Below are positions 21,110 to 30,442 of a DNA stretch of 64,000 bases, one piece after another. The stretch is from Candidatus Multivorans sp. GTDB lineage: Bacteria > Acidobacteriota > Thermoanaerobaculia > Multivoradales > Multivoraceae. The notes beneath the pieces are model-generated. The model made no database searches and was not told the origin of the DNA. It was given only the letters and a program-made list of their open reading frames with translations. Position 1 is the stretch's first letter; every line of letters starts with the position of its first letter. The position numbers were made by a program, and so were the translations under genes. The stretch lies in the NCBI GenBank assembly GCA_965247095.1, contig OZ251997.1:2816001-2880000 (forward strand). Direction: 5' to 3'.

Positions 21110-24100
21110 TGGTCTACCTCGTTCTGGGCAGTGCCCGGTGGAGGAACGTACACATCGAGAAGGCGGTCGCCCGGCTCGTCCACGAAGACGAAGCGCTTGC
21201 GGCCGGCGTCGGCGTCGGTGATCAGCTTCGGTCTGCCGGCGAGTGAGCTCTCCAGCGTCTCCAGTTGGAGGCGGAAGCGGTGGAGGTTGAGATCGCGCCG
21301 GTACCCTCCGGCGCGCAGTTCGAAGCGCCGGCTCTCGCCGCGACCGGCCTCGACTCGCTCGTTCCGATAGCCCTCGGCCTCGAGGAGTTGCCGTTGCGCT
21401 TCGCCGCGGGCAACGGGCAGGCGTTCCAGGGCGTAACCCTCCGCCTGGTCGATCAGGGTCTCCCGCTCCTCGAGCGCGCTCGCCGCGTCGCGGAACGCAT
21501 CGACCACATCGAGCGGCGGATGAGCGTCCTGAACGGTGGCGCTGACCACTTCGACGCCGATGCCGAGGCGGTCGAGCACGGCGGCGAGGTGCTCGCTCCA
21601 GGCGCGCTCGATCCCCTCCCGCTTGCCGGTCAGCACGTCGTCCAGCGAGTGGCTGGCGAGCACGGTGCGCAGGGAGCGCTCGGCGCTCGCTTCGACCAGG
21701 AGCGCCGGATCGGCTGTGGCGAATGCGAATGCGGCGGGGTCGGCGACGCGGTAGTGGACGCGGGCGGCGACCTCGACAAGGTTCTCGTCCCCGGTCAGCA
21801 TAAGTCGTTCGAGCGGCGGCGTCTCGTCGAAACCGGCGTGGCGCACGTTCCACTCGTAGGTCGCTTCGCCGCCGGTTGCTCCGTAGGCCCCGGTTGGCGC
21901 CGGCGACCTGGGTGAACCGACGGCGGCCACCCGCAGGCGATCCGGCTCGACGCGGGTGACCCGATCAACCGGCCACGGCCAGCGCCAGTGCAGACCCGGA
22001 CCGAGCTCGTCGCCGACGTGGCGGCCGAAGCGCTGCACCAGACCGACTTCCTGCGGTGCGATCGTCCGCACTCCGGCCCCCGCCCAGACCGCGAAGAGCA
22101 CGAACGGCGCCGCGCGCAGCAGCCGCGGCGCCAGCGACCGGAGTCGCGCCGGGCTGGCCTCGAGGGCGTGTTCGAGGCGGTGGACGGCCTCACGCCGGCC
22201 GGCGTTCCACGATCTCCAGCCGGCGGCCATCCCCTCCGCCGCTCCGGCGAGAGCGGGGAAGCGGCCGAGACGGCCGCCTGGCCGTTCGGCCACCGCGCGA
22301 CCCTCGTAGAGCAGACGAACGCAGTTCAGGATGACCAGCAGGGAGGCGGCCTGATGGACGATCGCCGCGGCGGCCGGAGGCAGCCAGCCGAAGGCCGCGA
22401 AGCCGACGGCGACGAAGTTGATGCCGAAGGCGAAGACCAGGATGCTGCTGCGGATCCGCGCCACCACCCGGCGCGAGTACCGCAGCAGCGGCGCCAGGTA
22501 GTCGAGCCGGTCAGGCAGCAGCACGACCTGGGCTGCCTCGGCAGAGAGGTCCGCCGCGCCGTGACCGATCGCGACGCCGACCGTGGCGGCCGCGAGCGAC
22601 GGCGCATCGTTGATCCCGTCGCCCACCATGAGAACGTTGCGGTTGCCGCGCGAGAGGTCCCTGAGCCGGCGCACCTTGTCTTCGGGGAGGACCTCCGCGT
22701 GGACCTGGTCGATGCGGGTTCGGCGGCCGATCGCCCTGGCCGTCGCTTCGGCGTCGCCGGTCAGCATGACGATCGGGTCGACGCCGGCTCGCCGCAGGTC
22801 GGCGACCGCGTCGGTCGCCTCGTCGCGCAGCGGATCGGCAAGCGCGATCGCGCCGGCGAAGGCGCCGTCGACCGCTACGGCGAGCCGCGTCTCGCCGCTG
22901 CCCGGGGTCGGCTGGAGGCTCTCCGCGATGGCGTCGAGGTCGTCCTCGTTCACCACGTCGGCCAGGAGCGCCGGGTTGCCGACCGCGATGTCGTGGCCAA
23001 GGGCGGTGGCGGTCACGCCCCGGCCGGGGTGCAGCTTGAAGCTCTCGGGCTCCGACAGCGCGAGTTGCCGCTCGCGGGCCTCGGTCACCAGCGCCCGGCC
23101 GAGCAGGTGTTCCGAGGTCAACTCGGCGCTGGCCGCGAGTTGGAGCAGTCGATCCTCCGCCACGCCCGGGGCGGGCAGGATCGCGGCCAGGGCCGGACGC
23201 CCGCAGGTCAAAGTACCCGTCTTGTCGAGCACGCAGGCATCGATCCGCGACAGCGACTCGATCACGTCCCCGCCCTTGACCAGGGCGCCCTCGCGCGCCA
23301 GCCGGGCGATTGCGGAAGCCATCGCCGCCGGCGTCGCCAGCACCAGCGCGCACGGGCAGGCGACGATCAGGGCCGCCACCGTGCGCATCATCTCGCCGGT
23401 GAAGAAGTAGATGGCGGCGGCGGCCACGAGCACGGCAGGCAGGAAGTACCGGGCGAGCTTGTCCGCGGTGCGTACGACCCGCGCCCGCCGGCTCTGCGCG
23501 TCCTCGATCAGGTTGGCGATGCGGGCGACCGTGGTGTCGCTGCCGGTGCGTTCGGAGCGGATGTCGAGGACGCCGTACTCGTTCAGGCTGCCGCTCCACA
23601 CCGCATCGCCGACGCCGAGTTCGGCGGGCAACGGTTCGCCGGTCACGCTGCTCTGGTCGACCGACGACTCGCCGCGTTCGATCGTGCCGTCGACCGCCAC
23701 CCGCTCGCCGGCGAGCACCCGCACCAGGTCGCCGACTTCGACCTGGTCCAGGCCGACGAATTCCTCGCCGCCGTCGCGCAGCACCCGCACCTGGTCCGGC
23801 TGGCTGGCGACGAAGCCGGCGATCGCCCCCTTGGCGCGGTCGACCGTCCAGTGCTCGATCCCCTCGCCGATCAGCATGATGAACATGACCTCGGCGGCAG
23901 CGAAGTACTCGCCGATCGCGACCGCCGCGCCGGCCGCGATGGCAATCGTCAGGTGCGACGAGAAGTGCCCGCGCAGCAGGTCGAGGATCGCGTGGCGGAT
24001 GAGCGGATAGCCCGCGACCAGGGTCAGGATCAGCGCCAGGTCGATGCCGGCGACGTTGCGCAGCGCGCCGGTCAGGTACAGCAGGAGCAGCACGCCGACC

Positions 24101-24183
24101 GCGCCGCAGAGCGCGATGTAGCCGATCCGCTGCAGCAGGCCGTGGCTATGGCCGTGCCCGTCGTCGTGGAAGTGTGCGCCCAT
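21106..24183 (-). CDS. P1B heavy-metal P-type ATPase fused to a C-terminal HflK-like SPFH domain
   Basis: His-rich N-terminus, TGE, CPC, DKTGT, SEH, MLTGD and GDGINDAP. Continues without a stop into a TM segment and SPFH motifs (PGLHWRWPWP, MLTGDENLV, HPPLDVVDAFRD, ARGEA). Confidence 0.92.
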   Translation of the reverse strand: MGAHFHDDGHGHSHGLLQRIGYIALCGAVGVLLLLYLTGALRNVAGIDLALILTLVAGYPLIRHAILDLLRGHFSSHLTIAIAAGAAVAIGEYFAAAEVMFIMLIGEGIEHWTVDRAKGAIAGFVASQPDQVRVLRDGGEEFVGLDQVEVGDLVRVLAGERVAVDGTIERGESSVDQSSVTGEPLPAELGVGDAVWSGSLNEYGVLDIRSERTGSDTTVARIANLIEDAQSRRARVVRTADKLARYFLPAVLVAAAAIYFFTGEMMRTVAALIVACPCALVLATPAAMASAIARLAREGALVKGGDVIESLSRIDACVLDKTGTLTCGRPALAAILPAPGVAEDRLLQLAASAELTSEHLLGRALVTEARERQLALSEPESFKLHPGRGVTATALGHDIAVGNPALLADVVNEDDLDAIAESLQPTPGSGETRLAVAVDGAFAGAIALADPLRDEATDAVADLRRAGVDPIVMLTGDAEATARAIGRRTRIDQVHAEVLPEDKVRRLRDLSRGNRNVLMVGDGINDAPSLAAATVGVAIGHGAADLSAEAAQVVLLPDRLDYLAPLLRYSRRVVARIRSSILVFAFGINFVAVGFAAFGWLPPAAAAIVHQAASLLVILNCVRLLYEGRAVAERPGGRLGRFPALAGAAEGMAAGWRSWNAGRREAVHRLEHALEASPARLRSLAPRLLRAAPFVLFAVWAGAGVRTIAPQEVGLVQRFGRHVGDELGPGLHWRWPWPVDRVTRVEPDRLRVAAVGSPRSPAPTGAYGATGGEATYEWNVRHAGFDETPPLERLMLTGDENLVEVAARVHYRVADPAAFAFATADPALLVEASAERSLRTVLASHSLDDVLTGKREGIERAWSEHLAAVLDRLGIGVEVVSATVQDAHPPLDVVDAFRDAASALEERETLIDQAEGYALERLPVARGEAQRQLLEAEGYRNERVEAGRGESRRFELRAGGYRRDLNLHRFRLQLETLESSLAGRPKLITDADAGRKRFVFVDEPGDRLLDVYVPPPGTAQNEVDQ

Positions 24184-24199
24184 CAGGAGGGTGCGCCGC

Positions 24200-24955
24200 T
24201 CACACCGCGAACAGCAACATGGCCAGCCCCGAACTCGCGATCGCGAGGCCGCTCAGCGTGTGCGCGTAGGCCCGCAGGCCGGGGAATCGCACGAAGTCGA
24301 GGCCCCGGTAGGCGAGGGCCACGACCGCCGCCATCGTCGCGATCGTCGTCACCCCGAAAGCCACGGTCACCGGCACCACCGCCCACAGGCCGACCTGGAA
24401 GGCGGGCACCATCAGGATGGGGATCAGCGGCTCGCAGGGCCCGAGCACGAAGATGACGAACAGGCTCCAGGCGGTGACGCCGGCGACCCCGGCGGCTTTG
24501 CCGGACGGGTGCTCGTGGCCGCCGGCCGTGGGATGGTCATGCGAGTGGACGAGCCCGCCGGCGTGCTCATGAACGTGCCGCTGCGACCTGCGTCGACGCG
24601 CCAGCGACCAGGCGGCGTAGGTCAGCCCGAAGACGACGAGCGCCCAGGCCGCCAGGTCCCCGCGCACCGCTTCGATCGACTCGAAACTGCCGACGCGGCC
24701 CTGCATCCAGTGGTAACCCTCGCGGGTGTCGAGACCGGTAGCGAAGATCGCCAGCCCGATGCCGGCGCCGCCGAGCAGGATCGACGACGCGACGTGGCCG
24801 CCGCCGCACAGCCCGGTGATCCACAGTGTCCGGCGCAGCGACCATCCGCGCGCCTTGCCCAGGACCACGAACGGCAGCGTGTGATCGATGCCGATCACCG
24901 TGTGAACGAAGCCGATGCCGACCGCGGCCGAGACCAGGACCCAGACTGTGTCCAT
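24200..24955 (-). CDS. His-rich Ni/Co permease-like membrane protein (NiCoT/UreH/DsbD_2-like)
   Basis: GFVHTVIGIDH, GHVASS, His-rich loop HVHEH..HSHDH..HEH, GPCEPLIP; about 6 TM segments. Confidence 0.75.
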   Translation of the reverse strand: MDTVWVLVSAAVGIGFVHTVIGIDHTLPFVVLGKARGWSLRRTLWITGLCGGGHVASSILLGGAGIGLAIFATGLDTREGYHWMQGRVGSFESIEAVRGDLAAWALVVFGLTYAAWSLARRRRSQRHVHEHAGGLVHSHDHPTAGGHEHPSGKAAGVAGVTAWSLFVIFVLGPCEPLIPILMVPAFQVGLWAVVPVTVAFGVTTIATMAAVVALAYRGLDFVRFPGLRAYAHTLSGLAIASSGLAMLLFAV

Positions 24956-24982
24956 GAAGCGCCGAGGGTACCAGCGCGGTGA

Positions 24983-25097
24983 CCCTGGGAACCCGGGTGG
25001 CGCGATGCGCGCCACCCGCGACCCACTCGTGCGCCCGTCATGGGGCGCACGGAGTGGCACGCGGGCATCTTGCCCGCATCCGGCGCGAAGCGCCGGC
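24983..25097 (+). repeat. Modular REP-like element (hairpins A-B-C-D)
   Basis: gggtggcgcg/cgcgccaccc, gtgcgccc/gggcgcac, gcgggca/tgcccgc, ccggcgc-gaa-gcgccgg. Confidence 0.88.
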
Positions 25098-27944
25098 CTA
25101 CTCGACCGTCACCCAGATCGGCGACGACCAGGCGATCTCCCGATTCTTCTGGATCACCCGCACATAGTAGTAGTGCTCGCCGGGCTCGACGTCGCTGTCG
25201 ACGAAGGTCAGGCTGACCTCCTGTTCGAGGTTCTGGCGGTTGTAGAGGAAGGTCTGGTCGCGGATGATGTCGATCTGCTCGATGCGGGCGGTGCCGATCA
25301 CGTTGACCACAAGCTCGAAGCGGCCCGAAACCTCGGCGATGTCGCCCTGCAGGTACTCGCGACCGTTCGCGCGCATCCGGTAGTCGAGGACGATGTTGTC
25401 GGTCGCTGCATAGGAGTGGCGCTTCTTCATCGCGTCCAGGAGGCCCCCGGCGGTGAAGTCCTCGGCGATCGTGGCGGCGTAGGAGATGTGGGTCGAGATG
25501 TGGTCCGACGCGGCCTGCACGCCGAGCTTGTAGCCCTTGGCCCATGCGTTCCAGACGAACCCGGCGGGCTCGAAGCCGCCCTGCTGGCCGATCGGTTTCT
25601 CCGCGGTCGCGGCGCGGGGAGCGCCCTCGTACTCGGCCGACGTGCGGTCGCCCTGGTAGATCTCGACCAGCGGTTCGACGTCGGGATCGTTGTCGCGCCA
25701 GTCGGTGCCCATGCCGGTGGCCGAGGTGTGGGGGATCGAGATCGCGTCGTGCTCCCGGAGGTAAGCGAACAGCCTCGCCGCACCTTCTTCGTGTTCTTGC
25801 TCCGCCTCGGTGATCGGCAGGGTCGGGATGCCGCGCTTGGCCGAGAGGATGTTGCGGTGGCCGTCCGGATAGCTGATGCTGCGCTCGTAGGTGTAGACGG
25901 GCACGAAGCTCCCCGGCAGACGGAAGATGTCGGCGATCTGCGGGTGTAGCCAGTTCACGTATTCGATGTCCTGGCCGCCCAGGTTGTTGTGCTCGCTGAC
26001 GCCCAGGAAGTCGAGTTCGGCGGCGTCGAGGGCGTAGCGGTAAGCCTCCATCAACGAACCGTCGTTCAGACCGTCGTGCGAGAACTCCGTGTGGCGGTGG
26101 GTGTCGCCGCGGTAGATGCGGTAGGTGCGGCCTTCCGATTCGATCGTGTAGGCGCGGATGCGGGCCACGTCTTCGGCCTCGTTGGGGTGGACCGGGTAGG
26201 TGTGGTATTCGCGCACGTCCGGGTCGACGAGCCGCGGCGGCGTGGCCTCGCCGGTCAGCGCGGGGAGCTTCGCCGCGTTGATCGAGGAGTGGTCGAACAG
26301 GTACTCCTCGGAGTCCCGGTTGTCCGTCGGCCAAGCCGCGAACAGGTTGCCCCGGCCGTCCGAGGCCAGCTCCCAGCGCACGTCCTGGCGGCCGCGACTG
26401 AACGGCAAGTGGAGCGGCCGCGTCCATGCGCCGCCGACGTAGGCGGTGCCGTGGAGCTGCCAGACCGCGCGGTGGGCCGGCGTGAAGTCCGGCGTGTCGC
26501 GCGCCCGGATCGTGCGGTGGCGGAAGAACAGCCACATCCGGCCGTCGGCGTCGGTCTGGAGCACGGGCAGGTCGTTGAAGCCCGTGATGTACTCGGGGAG
26601 TTCCTGTTCGAGCAGCTCGTTCACGTCGGCTGCGGGAACCTGCCAGCGGACGCCGTCCCACACCGCGACCGCCAGGGAGCGCCACTCGTAGATACGGGTG
26701 GCTTCCTTGTAGATCTCGAAGCCCGAGTCCTTGCCCCACTGGAAGCCGCTCTCGTTCCAGGCCGCCCAGAGTCGGTTCTGCCGATCGCAGGCGATCGAGA
26801 CGTGGGCCTCGAACTTCGGCGTGTCGGCGACCGGGGCCGTGTCGCCCCAGCGCTCGCCGGAGAAGCGGCGCAGCAGGATGTCGTAGTTGCCCTGGTCGTA
26901 GGTGTCCCAGGCGACGTAGACGGAACCGTCACCGCAGGCCGCGACAGCCGGCGTCCAGTCGTTGGCGGGCGAGGCCGAGACCGTCTCCTCGGCCGACCAG
27001 CCCGAGCCGTCGTGGCGCCGGGCGAGGATGTCGGAGCGGCCGTCGCGGAAGCCCTGCCACACGAGCCACAGATTGCCGCTCGAGTCCGTGACGAGCTCGT
27101 GTTCGATATCCGCCTGGGGCGCGGAGGTCAGGCGCTCGGTTGCCGACCAGTCGCCGGTGTCCGCGTCCTCGAGATAGCGGCCGTAGAGGTCGAAGTTGGC
27201 GTCGACCTGCTCGGACCAGACCAACCAGGGCCTACCCTGGCCGTCGCGGCCCAGTTTCGGCATCAGCCGGTCGCCCGGCTCGTCGGTCACGGGGACCGCC
27301 GGCTGCCAGGTCGAGCCGTCGAAGCGGCGCGCCATGATCGAGACGCCGCCGTCCCGGTAGGCGGTCCAGGCGGCCCAGACCTCACCGTTCTCGCCGCTTG
27401 CCAAGGTCGCGAAGTCGTTCTCGTCGTCCGGCGACGACAGCGGCTCGGCCGGCGCGACCCGGTCGGCCAGCACAGCGCCGTCGAGGAAGGAGAGCTCCTC
27501 GTCAACGTCGAGGTCCGCCGGCCGCAAGTCGAAGTCGCCCCGCGGCGTCGTGAACGCAAGCCGCGTCCCACCGCCGCCCGCCACGTCGACGACGATGCCG
27601 GGCTGATGCAGGTAGGTCACCGTTCCCAGCGGGTCCTCCCACTGGTACACCCGCCGCGGGTAGTTCATGCCCTCCCGCGTCGCCATCGTCCAGGCGAGAC
27701 CGTCGACCGTCTCGGTCGGATGCACACTCCAGTTGCGGACGGCCAGCACCTCGCCGCCCGTGGCCTCGACCGAACCATCCCACGTCTGCGTTTCCGTGTC
27801 CGTGATGCCGAACCGGACTCTGACCGAGACGACGTCGTCGCCCGCAAGCGGCGGAATCGCCTGTGCGGTGAGGGAACCTGCCGCGAGGACCAGGGCAGGA
27901 AGGCAGCAGAGAGCGGCGGCGCGCAGGACGAATTGTCGAGCCAT
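25098..27944 (-). CDS. Secreted protein with beta-propeller region and C-terminal PHP-type (DUF3604/CehA-like) metallohydrolase
   Basis: Signal peptide; repeated W-x-x-W propeller blades; GDTHRHTEFSHDG, SEHN, IPHTS, ASDH, terminal AWSSPIWV. Confidence 0.8.
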   Translation of the reverse strand: MARQFVLRAAALCCLPALVLAAGSLTAQAIPPLAGDDVVSVRVRFGITDTETQTWDGSVEATGGEVLAVRNWSVHPTETVDGLAWTMATREGMNYPRRVYQWEDPLGTVTYLHQPGIVVDVAGGGGTRLAFTTPRGDFDLRPADLDVDEELSFLDGAVLADRVAPAEPLSSPDDENDFATLASGENGEVWAAWTAYRDGGVSIMARRFDGSTWQPAVPVTDEPGDRLMPKLGRDGQGRPWLVWSEQVDANFDLYGRYLEDADTGDWSATERLTSAPQADIEHELVTDSSGNLWLVWQGFRDGRSDILARRHDGSGWSAEETVSASPANDWTPAVAACGDGSVYVAWDTYDQGNYDILLRRFSGERWGDTAPVADTPKFEAHVSIACDRQNRLWAAWNESGFQWGKDSGFEIYKEATRIYEWRSLAVAVWDGVRWQVPAADVNELLEQELPEYITGFNDLPVLQTDADGRMWLFFRHRTIRARDTPDFTPAHRAVWQLHGTAYVGGAWTRPLHLPFSRGRQDVRWELASDGRGNLFAAWPTDNRDSEEYLFDHSSINAAKLPALTGEATPPRLVDPDVREYHTYPVHPNEAEDVARIRAYTIESEGRTYRIYRGDTHRHTEFSHDGLNDGSLMEAYRYALDAAELDFLGVSEHNNLGGQDIEYVNWLHPQIADIFRLPGSFVPVYTYERSISYPDGHRNILSAKRGIPTLPITEAEQEHEEGAARLFAYLREHDAISIPHTSATGMGTDWRDNDPDVEPLVEIYQGDRTSAEYEGAPRAATAEKPIGQQGGFEPAGFVWNAWAKGYKLGVQAASDHISTHISYAATIAEDFTAGGLLDAMKKRHSYAATDNIVLDYRMRANGREYLQGDIAEVSGRFELVVNVIGTARIEQIDIIRDQTFLYNRQNLEQEVSLTFVDSDVEPGEHYYYVRVIQKNREIAWSSPIWVTVE

Positions 27945-28061
27945 GGCTCCTCCAAACGAGGCGAACAGGAACGGGGTGAGCGGTTCATCCTAGCCCCTGC
28001 ATCTCTTGGCACGCGGGTACAGTGTGATTCAGTCACGCTGCCCTGGAAGGAGCACCCGACC

Positions 28062-28298
28062 ATGTCCAACGTGGTAAGGAAGACAATCTCTCTGCCGCCG
28101 GATCTTGCCCGCGCCGCCGAACAGATCGCGGAAGCGGAGGGGAAGACCCTGAGCGCCGTTGTTCAAGAGGCACTTCGAAAGGCCTGCGCCCACTACTTCG
28201 AAGCGGAGCTTGAAGCGCTGCAGGGCTACTGGAGTCGCCGAGCGCAGGAGGGAGGTGTACTGACGGAGGAAGATCTTGATCAGTGTCTCCAAGAGTGA
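28062..28298 (+). CDS. CopG/RHH antitoxin-like protein
   Basis: RKTISLPPDLARAAEQIAEAEGKTLSAVVQEALR; RBS aaggag; upstream palindrome agtgtga-ttcag-tcacgct at 28021-28039. Confidence 0.85.
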   Translation: MSNVVRKTISLPPDLARAAEQIAEAEGKTLSAVVQEALRKACAHYFEAELEALQGYWSRRAQEGGVLTEEDLDQCLQE

Positions 28299-28336
28299 GG
28301 GTCGTCTTCGTGTCCCTCGGCGAGTATCTGCGCTGA
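28295..28336 (+). pseudogene. Collapsed PIN/VapC toxin remnant (13 aa)
   Basis: GTGA overlap with the antitoxin stop; MRVVF-VSLGEYLR* resembles the start and end of PIN toxins. Confidence 0.55.
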
Positions 28337-28385
28337 TCTTGGCGGCGCTACACTGATTCATTCATTTGCTCGAGGGAGGTTCGCC

Positions 28386-30329
28386 GTGCGCCGAATAGTC
28401 GTTTTGATCCTGAGCCTGACCGTACTTCTGTTCCTCGGTTGCGCCGCCGGCGACTCCGACTCATCCGACCCCTCCGCGGCCGCTGCCGGCGCGTCCGCTG
28501 CCGCCGGACCGCCCGCGGACCGCCAGGCCTTCTTCGGCGACCTGCACGTCCACACGCGCTACTCCTACGACGCCTTCGTGTTCGCCACCCGCGCCGGTCC
28601 CGACGAGGCCTACGAGTTCGCCAAGGGGAACCCGATCCAGCACCCCGCCGGCTTCGATCTCCAGCTCGACCGGCCGCTGGACTTCCAGGGCGTCGCGGAC
28701 CATGCGAACTACCTCGGGATGCTGCCGGCGATGATGGACCCCGGCTCTCCGGCCTACAACCACCCGGCGGCCGAAACCGTGCGCACCGCGCAGACCGTGA
28801 CCGAGCGGCGGGGCATCTTCCGCGCCATGCAGCCCTACGTGCGTTACATGGAGGACGCCGATCCGAGCATTCGCGAGCACCTCAACAAGGATGTCGTGCG
28901 TTCCGCCTGGAGCGAGATCGCGGCCTCGGCGAACCGCCACTACGAGCCCGGCGTGTTCACGACCTTCATCGCCTACGAGTACACGTCCGCCGGCGCCGGA
29001 GGCATCTACGAGAACCTGCACCGCAACGTCGTCTTCCGCGGCGCCGAGGCGCCCGACATCCCCTTCTCACGGCTCGACTCCTACAACCCGGAGGACCTGT
29101 GGGCCCGGATGGACGAGTGGCGCGCCGACGGCTTCGAGGCGATCGCGATCCCCCACAACACGAACGGCTCCGGCGGACGCATGTTCGAGTACGAGTACTT
29201 CGAGGGCGGCGCCATCGATCAGGCCTACTCGGATCTCCGCAGCCGCAACGAGCCCGTCGTCGAAATCACCCAGACCAAGGGAACCTCGGAGACCCACCCC
29301 GCGCTGTCGCCGAACGACGAATGGGCTGGTTTCGAGATCATGCCCTACCGGGTCTCGACCAGCATTGCGAGCGAGCCGCCGGGCAGCTACGTGCGCGACG
29401 CCTTCCGCCGCGGCCTCACGATCGAGGCCGGCGGCGTGTCGAACCCGTACAAGGTCGGCGTGATCGGCTCGTCCGACACTCACGTCGCCGCCGGCGCCTT
29501 CGACGAGGAGACCTACTGGGGCGCCTCGGGCCTCATGCAGCAGACCGCCGAGCAGCGCGGCTCGGTGCCCAGCGAGCCCGCCGGGGCGGGAGCGAGCTTG
29601 CAGGAGCCCAGCGCCGCCGCGCAGCCGGTCGACGACGGCACTGGCCGCATCTACCCCTTCACGACGGCGATCACCAACGGCGCCTCGGGCCTCGCCGCTG
29701 TCTGGGCCAACGAGAACACCCGCGAGTCGATCTTCGACGCCATGCGCCGCAAGGAGACCTTTGGCACCAGCGGTACCCGGATCCAGGTCCGTTTCTTCGG
29801 TGGCGCCGCACTCTCGGGCCTCGATCTCGACGACCCGGACCTCGTCGCGGCCGCGTACGAGGCTGGCGTCGCGATGGGCGGCGACCTCACCGATGAGAGC
29901 GGTGGCGAAGCACCGAGCTTCCTCGTTTGGGCGATGCAGGACACCATGGCGGCACCGCTACAGCGCGTCCAGATCGTCAAGGGCTGGGAATCAGACGGCG
30001 AGACAGCCGAACAGGTCTACGACGTCGCCTGCTCCGACGGCCTCGAGGTCGACCCGGCCACTCACCGTTGCCCCGACAACGGCGCCACCGTCGATCTCAC
30101 CGACTGCTCAATCAGCACCGATGTCGGCGCCGGCGAACTCAAGACCCTCTGGACAGACCCCGACTTCGACCCGGGCCAGCGCGCCTTCTACTACGCCCGG
30201 GTCCTCGAGAACCCCACCTGCCGCTGGTCGTCCTGGGATGCGATCCGAGCCGGTACAACTCCCCGCCAGGACTTCCCGGCAATCATCCAGGAACGCGCCT
30301 GGTCGTCGCCGATCTGGTACACGCCGTAG
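28386..30329 (+). CDS. DUF3604 family lipoprotein (PHP-like metallohydrolase)
   Basis: FFGDLHVHTRYSYDA, ADHA, NLHRNV, IPHN, QTKGTSETHP, GSSDTH, IQERAWSSPIWY. Confidence 0.92.
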   Translation: MRRIVVLILSLTVLLFLGCAAGDSDSSDPSAAAAGASAAAGPPADRQAFFGDLHVHTRYSYDAFVFATRAGPDEAYEFAKGNPIQHPAGFDLQLDRPLDFQGVADHANYLGMLPAMMDPGSPAYNHPAAETVRTAQTVTERRGIFRAMQPYVRYMEDADPSIREHLNKDVVRSAWSEIAASANRHYEPGVFTTFIAYEYTSAGAGGIYENLHRNVVFRGAEAPDIPFSRLDSYNPEDLWARMDEWRADGFEAIAIPHNTNGSGGRMFEYEYFEGGAIDQAYSDLRSRNEPVVEITQTKGTSETHPALSPNDEWAGFEIMPYRVSTSIASEPPGSYVRDAFRRGLTIEAGGVSNPYKVGVIGSSDTHVAAGAFDEETYWGASGLMQQTAEQRGSVPSEPAGAGASLQEPSAAAQPVDDGTGRIYPFTTAITNGASGLAAVWANENTRESIFDAMRRKETFGTSGTRIQVRFFGGAALSGLDLDDPDLVAAAYEAGVAMGGDLTDESGGEAPSFLVWAMQDTMAAPLQRVQIVKGWESDGETAEQVYDVACSDGLEVDPATHRCPDNGATVDLTDCSISTDVGAGELKTLWTDPDFDPGQRAFYYARVLENPTCRWSSWDAIRAGTTPRQDFPAIIQERAWSSPIWYTP

Positions 30330-30442
30330 CTAGGGCACGCCCGCTGCGGCACTCGACCGCCCGCTGAGACAAGAGCCGCGATAGGCTGCGCGCCGGGTAC
30401 CGACTAACGACCGCCAAAGTGCCCCGGGCCCAGAGCGACGAC

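Noticed and set aside
20138-21853. 571-aa HflC
   Set aside because: The extension overlaps the ATPase-SPFH gene in another frame; the ATGA-coupled start at 21109 is better.
6108-28298. Long antisense ORFs (6108-8396, 15157-17529, 21988-24456, 25989-28298 and others)
   Set aside because: Shadow frames of well-supported high-GC genes with no recognisable motifs. Only the last 79 codons of 25989-28298 are a real gene.
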